From Octopus bimaculoides (taxonomy: Eukaryota), in NCBI RefSeq assembly GCF_001194135.2, contig NC_068981.1, positions 24,497,379-24,531,163 on the forward strand: a stretch of DNA of 33,785 nucleotides, written 5' to 3'. Shown one piece after another: positions 1-11,040 of the stretch (its first letter is position 1; the number at the start of each line of letters is the position of its first letter). The notes beneath the pieces were generated by a model, which worked only from the letters and a program-made list of their open reading frames with translations, searched no databases and was not told the DNA's origin. A program made the translations under genes and the position numbers.

Positions 1-112
1 CGGGATGGGCATTGTTGGAAAGCGTTTGATCAAGGCTGGTCTTGGTCTACACAGCAGCAGTAGCAGCAGCAGTAACAGCACCACCCTTGCTAGAAAGACA
101 TTCAGCATGTGA

Positions 113-933
113 TTGGAATTTATAATAGGCCTTCACCGTCACCATCAGCATCATCACTATCACCATCATCACCACCTCCAGCACCGCCATCACCACCATT
201 ACTGCCACCACAACCACCACCACCACCACCATCATCACCATCACCATCATCACCACAACCACCAACATCACCATCATCACCACAACCATCACCAGCNNNN
301 NNNNNNNNNNNNNNNNNNNNNNNNNNNNNNNNNNNNNNNNNNNNNNNNNNNNNNNNNNNNNNNNNNNNNNNNNNNNNNNNNNNNNNNNNNNNNNNNAAGC
401 ACTATTACAGCAACAGAACCACTACAAGTACTACCACCGCAACTATGTCAAGCACTGTTACGTCAACAGAACCACTACAAGTACTACCACCTCCAGTAAC
501 AACAACACTAGGAATAATACCGCAACTATGAATTGTAACGGCAACTACAACACGAATAATATTACGAAAATGATACAACAGCAACATCTATAGCAATTAC
601 AATACCACTGCTAATTACCAAACCAAGAGCACTAACCACAACCCTAGTGCTGCCACCGCCGACACCGCCGCCAACAGCAACATCGACAACACCAGCAACA
701 AGAACTACAACCCATACCATCCACAACAACAACAACAACAACAACCACAGCTACTACGCCACTACTACCTAAACGTGAGCATTAACCGCACACCCTAGTA
801 TTACAACCCCGCCGCCGCCGCTGCCGCCACAATATCCGTCACAACCACCACCATCAACAACACCAACAGTAGCAGCAGCAGCACCACCACCACTACCAAT
901 CCAGTTATACTAACTTCACTCACCCACGCCAAC
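113..933. repeat. Degenerate trinucleotide low-complexity tract (CAC/CAT/CAA/ACT) with a 53-bp direct repeat
   Basis: (CAC/CAT)n at 113-296. AAGCACT(A/G)TTAC..CAACAGAACCACTACAAGTACTACCAC occurs at 397 and 450; the 53-bp period is not a multiple of 3. Confidence 0.9.
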
Positions 934-1471
934 NNNNNNNNNNNNNNNNNNNNNNNNNNNNNNNNNNNNNNNNNNNNNNNNNNNNNNNNNNNNNNNNNNN
1001 NNNNNNNNNNNNNNNNNNNNNNNNNNNNNNNNNNNNNNNNNNNNNNNNNNNNNNNNNNNNNNNNNNNNNNNNNNNNNNNNNNNNNNNNNNNNNNNNNNNN
1101 NNNNNNNNNNNNNNNNNNNNNNNNNNNNNNNNNNNNNNNNNNNNNNNNNNNNNNNNNNNNNNNNNNNNNNNNNNNNNNNNNNNNNNNNNNNNNNNNNNNN
1201 NNNNNNNNNNNNNNNNNNNNNNNNNNNNNNNNNNNNNNNNNNNNNNNNNNNNNNNNNNNNNNNNNNNNNNNNNNNNNNNNNNNNNNNNNNNNNNNNNNNN
1301 NNNNNNNNNNNNNNNNNNNNNNNNNNNNNNNNNNNNNNNNNNNNNNNNNNNNNNNNNNNNNNNNNNNNNNNNNNNNNNNNNNNNNNNNNNNNNNNNNNNN
1401 NNNNNNNNNNNNNNNNNNNNNNNNNNNNNNNNNNNNNNNNNNNNNNNNNNNNNNNNNNNNNNNNNNNNNNN

Positions 1472-1521
<50 letters not shown>

Positions 1522-1991
1522 CGTGTGTGTGTGTGCGTATTTAGCTTTGTGTTCCTGAGTACACATAACATGCACTGAATAATGGAGTTAAGTGCTAGTT
1601 ATAGAAAGAAAATAATATTTATTATCAATGGTGGACTGTTTACTTGAAAGTTTCTCTCCGAAACAGCCTTCTTTCAACAGCCTTGAGGAGCTAATATGGG
1701 CGAAACTTCGAAGTAAACAGCCACCGGTAGGAGGCGGTGGGGTCACTATATTACATACATATATACGTACATACGTACATACATACATTTATATATATAT
1801 ATATATATATATATACAGACATACAGATATATACATACATATACGAATAAACATACGTACGTAGACTCGCATATACATGTGTATGTATGAATGTACGTAT
1901 GTATGAGTGTGTTTATAATTAAAAAAATTGTATACGCTTTACTTTTTGAGTTTGTTTTTTTTTTAGCTGTTTCATGTGCATCATTAAATCC

Positions 1992-2070
<79 letters not shown>

Positions 2071-4096
2071 GTATACACACATATACATATAAGAATGTGT
2101 GTATATTTAAAAATATAAATATATAGAATATATATATATACATATACATATGCATATATACATAGATTAAGTATCTTTATATACGTATGTATACTATATA
2201 TACATATATGTACACACACATATATATACATACATACATATATGTATATAGTTTTGCTTTCTTTTCGTTTGACACGAACGTGCAACACTCGCGCGCACGC
2301 ACACAACCACAAACAATTTTCCCTCCTCCTCCTCTCTCTATCTCTATCAATGTGTTTGTGTGTGTGTATCTTTCGCTTTTCTCTCAATTCTTTAATACCA
2401 ACCGATATATCGGAGTATACACACACAACACTACTTTTTGGACGGTAAGTCAAATTTCCACGCTTCATTATTTATTATTATTGTTATATTATTTTCATTA
2501 TCATCATTTTTGTTTTTTTGTGAACAGCTTCGATCGTCTTTATCTATATTCGTTTCTTGTTTTCTTTGTATTGTTACCTCTGTTCCAAGTTTTCTCTGGC
2601 GTTATGTACGTGTGTATGTGTGTAAATATATATATATATGTATCAAATGTATGTATGCGTACATACATCTGTGTCTGTTTGTGTGTGTGTCGTTTATTCT
2701 ATTGATATTTTGTACAACTTTAGCAAAGCAAAACGGATTCATTCATCGTCCTTGTGTTTGTCTCTCATCTCCAGCCTTTTCATCATTCTACTTCACTCAT
2801 ATCATATCTCTTTGTGTGTGTTTCTGCATTAATAAAGAAACAAATACGAGACGCTCATGTTGGGATGCACACAACAACAACAACAACAACAACAACAACA
2901 TAAAAACTAGGGATAAAAGTACAGAGGGGGCAGCAACTGTTGCTCCCTGTGTTTAATCTAATCTTCACCATTCTCCGCTGCAAGTCCCACATAACGTAGG
3001 AAGCTGTGTATGAACGAAAGAGAAATGAATATTGCTTACGCGGTGGCTCCGACTGGCTAGAAATAACAGTAAAATACCCCCTAAAAGTCACATATAATGT
3101 ATATATATGTCTTGTTCAGTTTTAAAGGACATATTTGATGAGAACGACTGCATGGGTTTAGTTGGAATGTAGCTAGTTTTGAATGGGTCTCTTCGATTAA
3201 GTTTAGTTTAGGGCCAGGAGCTACACAACGACGATGATGACCATGGCGACAATACTAACAACATCAAGTGTATTGTCTTGAATAATGAATAAATCCCGCG
3301 ATGTCAACTTCGTCTTTTCATGCTTTGGGAGCAATGTTGGGGGATGTTGTTGATAAAATAAAGGACCTAGTTAATGTTTGGTGGTGGTACTAAATGTTGC
3401 TTTAATATTTATAGAAAGAAAACATCCTAAATGTGAATGGAATTATGGTAATAAAGAAAACAAACAAATACTGACATTAAAAAACTTAAATGGATGGATG
3501 GATCTTCGTAATATATCGTTGGACCGAATTTACGGTTCTCTGTTAAGGGCAGACCTGCAAACAAAAACCGAAAAGAAATAAATATATATAATAAACAGCA
3601 ATAACATCCAGCTTGCCTACGTGACTAGGTTTACTCGTTTGGTGGAGAAGGCTGACCTGGGGTTATACAAACAACAAAGGAAGCGATCCATCATGCTAAC
3701 ATACGCACACAATTACCACATCAGCAACCATCACCAGCACTAGCATCAACATCGAGACACTAGTGTTACGCTAGTAGTAGTAGCGGCGGCGGCGGTGTTG
3801 TTGTTGTTGGTGGTGATGGTGAACCGACGCGGGAAGTCTGTACGCGTTCGCTCAACCTGCTAGAAATAACAGCCAAACGAAAAGGAATTCTTCGAATCAA
3901 ACTCCCCTCCACAAAAAGAGAAAAGAAAAAGTAGAAGAGATACATGTGTTCGTAGATGCAAAATCATTTTCACTAGAGAAATGGCGGGATGTTCATGGTA
4001 GGAAAGTCTTCGGTCATAGATGAATCTGTCTGTCGATTACCCCACACCCCCTTGTTGAGGTGGGGGGTGGGGGTCTCCACCCTTTCTCAGAGTTTA

Positions 4097-4134
4097 AACA
4101 GCAACTACTGCTACTACTACTACCTCTGCTGCTG

Positions 4135-4172
<38 letters not shown>

Positions 4173-4222
4173 GCAACCAATACTGTAACTACTGCTACTA
4201 CTGCTGTTACTACTACTACTAT

Positions 4223-4270
<48 letters not shown>

Positions 4271-4279
4271 AGCTGCTGT

Positions 4280-4310
<31 letters not shown>

Positions 4311-4438
4311 GCTGTTACTTCTACTACTACTGCTACTACTACTGCTGTTACTTCTACTACTATAGTAGTAGTAGTAGTAGTAGTAGTAGCAACAGCAATA
4401 GTACTAGTAGTGGTAGTAGTAGTAGTAGTTACAGTATA

Positions 4439-4470
<32 letters not shown>
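4097..4470. repeat. (CTA)n microsatellite followed directly by its complement (TAG)n
   Basis: CTA/CTG triplets at 4097-4361 switch to GTA triplets at CTACTATAGTAG (~4356-4367). Confidence 0.95.
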
Positions 4471-4471
<1 letters not shown>

Positions 4472-4857
4472 TAACGTAACCAATCGATTGCCTTTTTTTA
4501 TTTTCTCTAACTATTTAACGTTATTGCAAAGCTGTAACGACTTGTGTGCGCCTTGTTTGTTCGTCGAGCATTTTATAGTTTAAACGTTCAACAACAACAA
4601 AATGCTGGATTCTATTTGTCATGTAACAAAATAAACCAGAACCACATCAACAAGCACAACAACAACAACAACAACAACACCAACAACAACAACCATAATA
4701 ACAAACAATAAATGCCGAGTGATGAGGTTTGGCGGAAGTGAATAGAAAATCATTCACGGTAGAGTAATTTGTCAAAATACTATGGTTTGGGACACGTAAT
4801 AGTAATGACACGTGATCTTGTAATGACGCNNNNNNNNNNNNNNNNNNNNNNNNNNNN

Positions 4858-5345
4858 GGGGGGGGGGGGTATTGAGTGGCGGTGGTGGTATTGATGGTGG
4901 TTGTGGCGGTGGTGGTAGCAGTGGCGATAATATAAGTGGTAGTGCTGGTTGGCGGTGGTGGTAGTAATAGTAGTAATAGTAGTAGTAATAGTAGTAGTAA
5001 TACTAGTAGTAGTTGTAGTGGCGTTGGTAACGACGATGGTGATGGTGGAGGTGGTGGTAGTGGAGGTGGTAGTGGTCGTCATCGCAGCAGCAGCAGTAGT
5101 AGTAGTAGTAATAGTAGTAGTAGTTGTAGTAGTAGTAGTAGTAGTAGTGTTGGCGACCGTGCTGGTGATGATGGCGGTTGTAGTGGTCGTCGCCATAAAA
5201 ATAATGATGATGGTGGTGGTGGTGGTGGTGGTAGTAGTAGTAGTAGCAGCAGCAGCAGTAGCAGTAGTAGTGGTAATAGTAGTAGTACAAGTGGCAGCAG
5301 CAGCAGTAGCAGTAGTAGTAGTAGTAGTGGTAGTAGTAGTAGTAG
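4858..5345. repeat. Degenerate (GGT/AGT/AGC)n trinucleotide tract
   Basis: Visible directly. It accounts for the poly-S, -V, -T and -Y ORFs in the track. Confidence 0.95.
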
Positions 5346-5830
5346 TCAAAATACCTGGAGATCCATGCTCTCCTTTAGATGTTAGGCCTAATCGTTCAAA
5401 AAGTTAATGTTTTCTGATATGAAAATACTGGAGCAATTGCCTTATAATACGGGGACNNNNNNNNNNNNNNNNNNNNNNNNNNNNNNNNNNNNNNNNNNNN
5501 NNNNNNNNNNNNNNNNNNNNNNNNNNNNNNNNNNNNNNNNNNNNNNNNNNNNNNNNNNNNNNNNNNNNNNAAACAAAATTCTTTTGCAAAGCCATTTTGG
5601 TTCTCAGCTCAAATGGAAGAGATCATAGTTCCTTTGTCGGCCGAGCACTATGCAACATGTTTTGGGATTTCTAGAAATGTCGATAGGTCTATAAACATAC
5701 AAACTCTGTGTGTGTGTGTGTATGTGTTTGTGTGTGTGTACATATGATTGTTTGGAGACACTTGGCGTGTTATTAAAACCTATCTAGAAAACATCTCCAG
5801 TGTATGAAACTATTAGAAAGCTTATAACTA

Positions 5831-6166
5831 CATGCTGAGACCCCCTTTGGTCATGACTGACCATGAGATTGCACCTAGAAAGTTACCCTCCCAGGCACAA
5901 GTCCGGGCAAGGTTGTTTATGGAAGACCAGCAGTCGCCCATGCATACCGGTCTCCACGCCACCAGTGTTATCCAAGGGAAAGGCAAAGGCCGATACAGAC
6001 TGGCACCTGTGACGTCGCAACTCATTTCTACATATGCGTGATCTGAAGCAACGTGAAATAAAGTGTCTTGCTCAAGAACACAACACGCAGCCCGGTCCGG
6101 GATTCGAACTCACAACCTCGCAATCCTAAGCTCGACACTCTAACCACTGAGCCATGCGCCTTCACA
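5831..6166 (-). mobile_element. tRNA-derived SINE (head type H1, tail type T3)
   Basis: Minus strand begins GTGAAGGCGCATGGCTCAGTGGTTAGAG (A box) ... GAGTTCGAATCCC (B box), then GTGTTCTTGAGCAAGACACTT. Probable 8-bp TSD TATAACTA at 5823-5830 and 6167-6174. Confidence 0.9.
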
Positions 6167-6300
6167 TATAACTATATACTGTGTACATTAAACAATATAT
6201 ATGCATGTGTGCATGTATGTATGTATGTATGCATGTGTGTATGTGTGTGCGTGTAAGTATGTATGCATATATATGTATGCTAATGTGTGTGTGTGTGAGT

Positions 6301-6775
6301 GTTATTTAGTTTTATTTCAAGATTTCTTGCCAATATAGAAAGAGCAGGTTTCTAACCTAGATCCAAGACTCCTTCATTGGAATTTCAATAATAACAAGGT
6401 ATTTTTGTATGTATGTATGTATGTATGTGCAGATTTGTATGTTTTGTGTAGGCATTCTCATGCATATAGTTACATATCTAGACATGCTCATATATATTTA
6501 AATGATAAACTTCTGGTAAGTTTTACAGACTTTTACAGTTCCAGTGATGGATTGGATCTGTAGTCTTCGATTTAGCTTTCCCCTTTCTGGTTTTGAGAAG
6601 CCTAATTTCTCAAGATTGATATTTAGGCAGTGTGTTACATACCACAAGGCTCCAATAATTACAGGTATAAACCTGAACTTGTAATCTGGATAGAGTAACT
6701 GTAGATTTCTCAACAGTTCAGAGCAGATATTCTCTTTTTCCCTGATCTTCACCTTTATGGTAACACTTCACCTTT
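6301..6775 (-). mobile_element. 3' end of an R4/Dong-like non-LTR retrotransposon (C-terminus of the RLE region plus 3' UTR), copy 1
   Basis: ORF 6752-6498 reads KIREKENICSELLRNLQLLYPDYKFRFIPVIIGALWYV...LGFSKP...LQIQSITGTVKVCKTYQKFII*. This matches the K..KY..L / IPVIIGALG / LQ...GT C-terminal pattern of R4-clade elements. The ~200-bp 3' UTR contains (CATA)n. Confidence 0.75.
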
Positions 6776-6823
6776 ACTTATGTATGTGTGTATGTATGTA
6801 TGTATGTATGTATGTATGTATGT

Positions 6824-7120
6824 CATTATTCAGTTTTAGTTCAAGATTTCTTGCCAAGAAGAATTGGTTTCTAACCTAGATCCAAGGTTCATTGGAATTT
6901 CAACATCAACAACAGGGTATTTTTGTATGTATGTATGTATGTATGTACATATTTGTATGTTTTATGTATGTATTCTCATGCATATAGTTACATATCTAGA
7001 CATGCTAATATATATTTAAATGATAAACTCTGGAAAGTTTTACAGATTCTTACAGTTCCAGTGATTGGATCTGTAGTTTTCGAATTAGCTTCCTCCTTTC
7101 TGGTTTTGAGAAGCCGAATT
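6824..7120 (-). mobile_element. 3' end of the same R4/Dong-like element, copy 2 (more 5'-truncated)
   Basis: Colinear with 6301-6605 (TTCAAGATTTCTTGCCAA, GGTTTCTAACCTAGATCCAAG, CATTCTCATGCATATAGTTACATATCTAGACATGCT, TTCTGGTTTTGAGAAGCC). Its 3' end abuts (CATA)n. Confidence 0.8.
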
Positions 7121-7121
7121 T

Positions 7122-7177
7122 ATCTCTGATGATGGAATATCCCATACTCTGGGATATCCCAGAAATAGCTGTAAGAC
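7122..7177 (+). ncRNA. Minimal type I hammerhead ribozyme motif (possibly decayed)
   Basis: ATCT-CTGATGA(7126-7132)-stem II TGGAATATCCCA/TACTC/TGGGATATCCCA (11 of 12 pairs)-GAAA(7162-7165)-TAGCT-GTA(7171-7173)-AGAC. The core boxes are in the correct order; stem III is short and near-palindromic, stem I has 3 bp. Confidence 0.7.
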
Positions 7178-7339
7178 ATTGATTCTTTGTTTCCAATAAT
7201 AATAACCTATATCACTTGAGATGTTTGCCTTGTGTTAACGTTTGTTGTCCTCTTTAACAATTATAATAGATAGACAGACAGACAGACAGACAGATAGATA
7301 GACAGACAAATAATACGTGTGTATGTATATATATTTGTG

Positions 7340-7376
<37 letters not shown>

Positions 7377-7398
7377 ATAGATATGCATACATGTATAT

Positions 7399-7762
7399 TT
7401 ACTTTTATTCATTTACTTGTTTCAGTGATTTTGATTGCGGCCATGCTGTAGCACCGCCTTTAGTCGAACAAATCGACCTCCCAGGACTTATTATTCGTAA
7501 GCGTAGTACTTATTCTATCGGTCTCTTTGCCGAACTGCTAAGTTTCGGGGACATAAACACACCAACATCGGTTGTCAAGCGATTGGTGGGGGGACAAACA
7601 GACACACAAATACATACATATATATATATATAAATATACACACACACACATATATATATACATATATGCACACACACACAGACACACATATATATATACG
7701 TATATATATATACGACGGGCTTCTTTCAGTTTCCGTTTACCAAGTCCACTCACAAGGCTTTG
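7399..7762 (-). mobile_element. 5'-truncated octopus-type SINE with internal (CA/TA)n
   Basis: Colinear with the copy at 8637-9004 (GCACCGCC..TAGTCGAACAAATCGAC, CGACGGGCTTCTTTCAGTTTCCG). The tRNA-like head is absent. Confidence 0.9.
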
Positions 7763-8481
7763 AGTTGATAATAAAACATAATGTTACTATACATAAGAAT
7801 TTGTTTATAAGGTTTAAATTTGCCGTTTCATATATCCTTTTAGCTGTTAAAAAAGAAAGAAACATCTATACAGTAAGATATATCTTCATTTGCATGTGCA
7901 GATGGATCAATGGTAATATTTGTACCAATAAATATATGTGAGACTACGTGTGCGTGCGTGACGCGTGTTACTTTAATTTGTCACGAACCGCCTCCGCTGT
8001 AGTTGGTTCTTTTGGTGAATGAGGAAGTTTGACACCATTGCCCTCATTTCTGCTTCTTGCTGTGGTGCAGGTTCGTAGGTTCCTCTGGGATCTTCGATAA
8101 GAACACGTCTCAGTGTCTTTCAAAAGTGCCTACATCCACTCCTTAGAGATTCCCTATTTTATTTATTTATTTATTATTTATTTTTTTTAGCTACAATACT
8201 GATTTCTTTTGGCGACAGTACTGATTTCTAAACACCGAAGAGTTTACAGATTCAGGCCCTAGATTCTCGGCCGACGTCTCATCCGCCTTATATACACAGT
8301 ACACAAATATCCGCCTTATATATACAATATACAAATAGATAAACGACTGCTACTGTTGCGTTTAGAGCTCCACGTAGATTATCGTCGTCTAATTTGCTTC
8401 CTGTATAGAGGTTAAGCAACTACTATACTTAATAGTATTACAAGTTATGATATACAGAGTAAATTTCAGAGAAAATATGAT

Positions 8482-8636
8482 AGGCGCAGGCGTGACTAAT
8501 TGGTAAGAAGCTTGCTTCCCAACCACATGGTTTCGGCTTCAGTCCCACTGCGGATGACTTCTACCACAGCCTCGGGCCGACCAAAACCTTATGAGTGGAT
8601 TTGGTAGACGGAAACTGAAAGAAGCCCGTCGTATAT
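8482..8636 (+). mobile_element. 5' half of an octopus-type tRNA-derived SINE
   Basis: AGGCGCAGG head ... TTCAGTCCCACTGCG ... GAGTGGATTTGGTAGACGGAAACTGAAAGAAGCCCGTCGTATA. Confidence 0.9.
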
Positions 8637-9004
8637 TCTTTTATTCTTTTAATTGTTTCAGTCATTTGATTGCAGTCATGCTGGAGCACCGCCCTTAGTC
8701 GAACAAATCGACCCCAGGACTTATTCTTTGTAATCCTAGTGCTTACTCCATCACTCTCTTTTGATGTTGAGAGGGCAAACACAGACACACAAACATATAC
8801 ACACATACATATATAATATATATACAAATGTACATATATACGACGGACTTCTTTCAGTTTCCGCCTACCAAATCCACTCACAAGGCTTTGGTTAGCCCGA
8901 GGCTATAGTACAAGATACTTGCCCAAGGTGCCACACAGTGAGACTGAACCCGGAACCATGTGGTTGGTAAGCAAGCTACTTACCACACAGACACTCCTGC
9001 GCCT
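8637..9004 (-). mobile_element. Near full-length octopus-type tRNA-derived SINE (internal deletion)
   Basis: Minus strand reads AGGCGCAGGAGTGTCTGTGTGGTAAG (A-box-like), GGTTCAGTCTC (B-box-like), CCTTGGGCAAGT (CORE-like), a microsatellite, then the tail GGCGGTGCTCCAGCATGACTGCAATCAAATGACTGAAAC. Confidence 0.92.
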
Positions 9005-9999
9005 ATATATATANNNNNNNNNNNNNNNNNNNNNNNNNNNNNNNNNNNNNNNNNNNNNNNNNNNNNNNNNNNNNNNNNNNNNNNNNNNNNNNNNNNNNNN
9101 NNNNNNNNNNNNNNNNNNNNNNNNNNNNNNNNNNNNNNNNNNNNNNNNNNNNNNNNNNNNNNNNNNNNNNNNNNNNNNNNNNNNNNNNNNNNNNNNNNNN
9201 NNNNNNNNNNNNNNNNNNNNNNNNNNNNNNNNNNNNNNNNNNNNNNNNNNNNNNNNNNNNNNNNNNNNNNNNNNNNNNNNNNNNNNNNNNNNNNNNNNNN
9301 NNNNNNNNNNNNNNNNNNNNNNNNNNNNNNNNNNNNNNNNNNNNNNNNNNNNNNNNNNNNNNNNNNNNNNNNNNNNNNNNNNNNNNNNNNNNNNNNNNNN
9401 NNNNNNNNNNNNNNNNNNNNNNNNNNNNNNNNNNNNNNNNNNNNNNNNNNNNNNNNNNNNNNNNNNNNNNNNNNNNNNNNNNNNNNNNNNNNNNNNNNNN
9501 NNNNNNNNNNNNNNNNNNNNNNNNNNNNNNNNNNNNNNNNNNNNNNNNNNNNNNNNNNNNNNNNNNNNNNNNNNNNNNNNNNNNNNNNNNNNNNNNNNNN
9601 NNNNNNNNNNNNNNNNNNNNNNNNNNNNNNNNNNNNNNNNNNNNNNNNNNNNNNNNNNNNNNNNNNNNNNNNNNNNNNNNNNNNNNNNNNNNNNNNNNNN
9701 NNNNNNNNNNNNNNNNNNNNNNNNNNTCTATCTATCTATCTATCTATATATATATATACATACATACATACATACATACATACATACATACATACATACA
9801 TACAAACATACATGCATACATGCATACATATAAATGTATGTATGTGTGTGTGTAAATATATGTATGATACATACATGCTGTGTAACGTGTATAACTATCT
9901 ATCTATCTGTCTGTCTGTCTGTCTGTCTGTCCACCCCTCTCTCTCTCTCTCTCTCTGTCTTTGTATGTGTGTGTATATACGTACACTTATATATACATG

Positions 10000-10469
10000 T
10001 ATGACTATTTTTCACGACTTCACTTCTGGGATTTGATCCTAAATTATTTGAACCACTTCCAATATCTAATCTGTTGCATTGAAGCAGTCTTGCTACTGTA
10101 ACAGTATTGGATCAGTTCGACAATGTCTTACTATGATAACTGAGAGCAATAGCCCAGTCCAGACGTCTAAGAGAAACGTCCTCCACAGGACCAACATGGC
10201 TTCCTATTCTTTTGTTCTCAATAATTTCAGTATCCATCCAACTTAGTCAACTGCACATTGTCGCCATGTTAGTACTATACGCTTGGAACGATAAATACGT
10301 AATTACTTATATTGATTCTCATATTACATACTCCTTGTCACTCTCGGGTCGCAATCTCTCTTGACCGCTTGTATTCTGATTGCGATGTTGCTGTGATAAG
10401 GGATCATTTGAAAATAACCAGCACTAAATTGCGAGTACTTCTTCAGCTCATTTATGTATTGCATTTATA
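10000..10469 (-). mobile_element. CR1-type LINE ORF2, post-RT C-terminal part, decayed
   Basis: Fragments QQDINAIHK*AEE, QFSAGYFQ, EAMLVLWRTFL, RRLD..YCSQL and ASMQQIRYWK resemble CR1-type QFNxxKFQ, MLxLWRTF..SRLDYCSQLWSP and SYWERL motifs. Many stops and frameshifts. Confidence 0.8.
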
Positions 10470-10480
10470 TCCTGTTGTAA

Positions 10481-10789
10481 CGATAAACGTCGCCCTTTCA
10501 AAGCCGAGCCAGGCACATGGGCCCAGTTTCCCGGTTTCTATGGCGTATGTGTTCCTCCCACCTGGACGGGACGCCAGTCCATCGCAGCGTTACTCAAGAA
10601 ACAGGAAGAAAGAGTGAGGGAAAGTTGGGGCGAAAGAGTACAACAGGGGTCGCCACCACCCCCTGCCAGAGCCTCGTGGAGCTTAGGTGTTTTCGCTCAA
10701 TAAACACTCACAACGCCCGGTCTGGGAATCGAAACCACGATCCTCCGACCGCGAGTCCGCTGCCCTAACCACTGGGCCATTGCGCCTCC
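10481..10789 (-). mobile_element. tRNA-derived SINE (head H2, tail T1), downstream unit of a tandem pair
   Basis: Minus strand: GGAGGCGCAATGGCCCAGTGGTTAGGGCAGCGGACTCGCGG...GGTTTCGATTCCC. Tail GTAACGCTGCGATGGACTGGCGTCCC...GAAACCGGGAAAC. Confidence 0.9.
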
Positions 10790-11040
10790 AAATGCACCCT
10801 TTTAAAGCCTAGCCAGGCTCATGAGTCCGGTTTCCCGGTTTCAATGGCGTATGTGTTCACTAACTGGATGGGACGCCAGTCCATCGTAGCGTTACTCATT
10901 TGTGCCAGCTGAGTGGACTGGAGCAACGTGAAATGAAGTGTTTTGTTCAAGAATACAACGCGTCGCCCGGTCCAGGAATCGAAGCCACAATCTTACGATC
11001 ATGATGCTGACACCCTAACGACTAAGCCACGCGCCTCCAC
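10790..11040 (-). mobile_element. tRNA-derived SINE (head H1, tail T1), upstream unit of a tandem pair
   Basis: Minus strand: GTGGAGGCGCGTGGCTTAGTCGTTAGGG...TTCGATTCCTGGACCGGG, with the same T1 tail. The pair is bounded by ATATCCTGTTGTAA (10467-10480) and ATGTCCTGTTGTAA (11041-11054). Confidence 0.9.

Noticed and set aside
397-933. Mucin-like Thr/Pro-rich coding sequence
   Set aside because: The internal repeat is 53 bp and shifts frame, stops are frequent, and no splice or start context is evident.
4030-4078. G-quadruplex or hairpin at GGTGGGGGGTGGGGGT
   Set aside because: Too few clean G-tracts, and such runs are common in low-complexity sequence.
4718-4790. Box C/D snoRNA starting at GTGATGA
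   Set aside because: No box D (CTGA) or terminal stem at a suitable distance.
6090-6165. True tRNA genes at the SINE heads (also 10720-10789, 10970-11040, 33345-33420)
   Set aside because: A and B boxes are present, but each continues into a SINE body and tail, several have TSDs, and the cloverleaves are imperfect.
6325-6390. Hammerhead-like CCAATGA...GAAA in the R4-like 3' UTR (minus strand)
   Set aside because: Two core mismatches and no NUH in register; more likely an ordinary 3' UTR stem-loop.
10120-10200. MLVLWRTFLLDVWTGLLLSVIIV resembling an ionotropic-receptor M1 segment
   Set aside because: Fully explained as frameshifted CR1 ORF2 (MLVLWRTF..RLDYCSQL), colinear with the adjacent RT.
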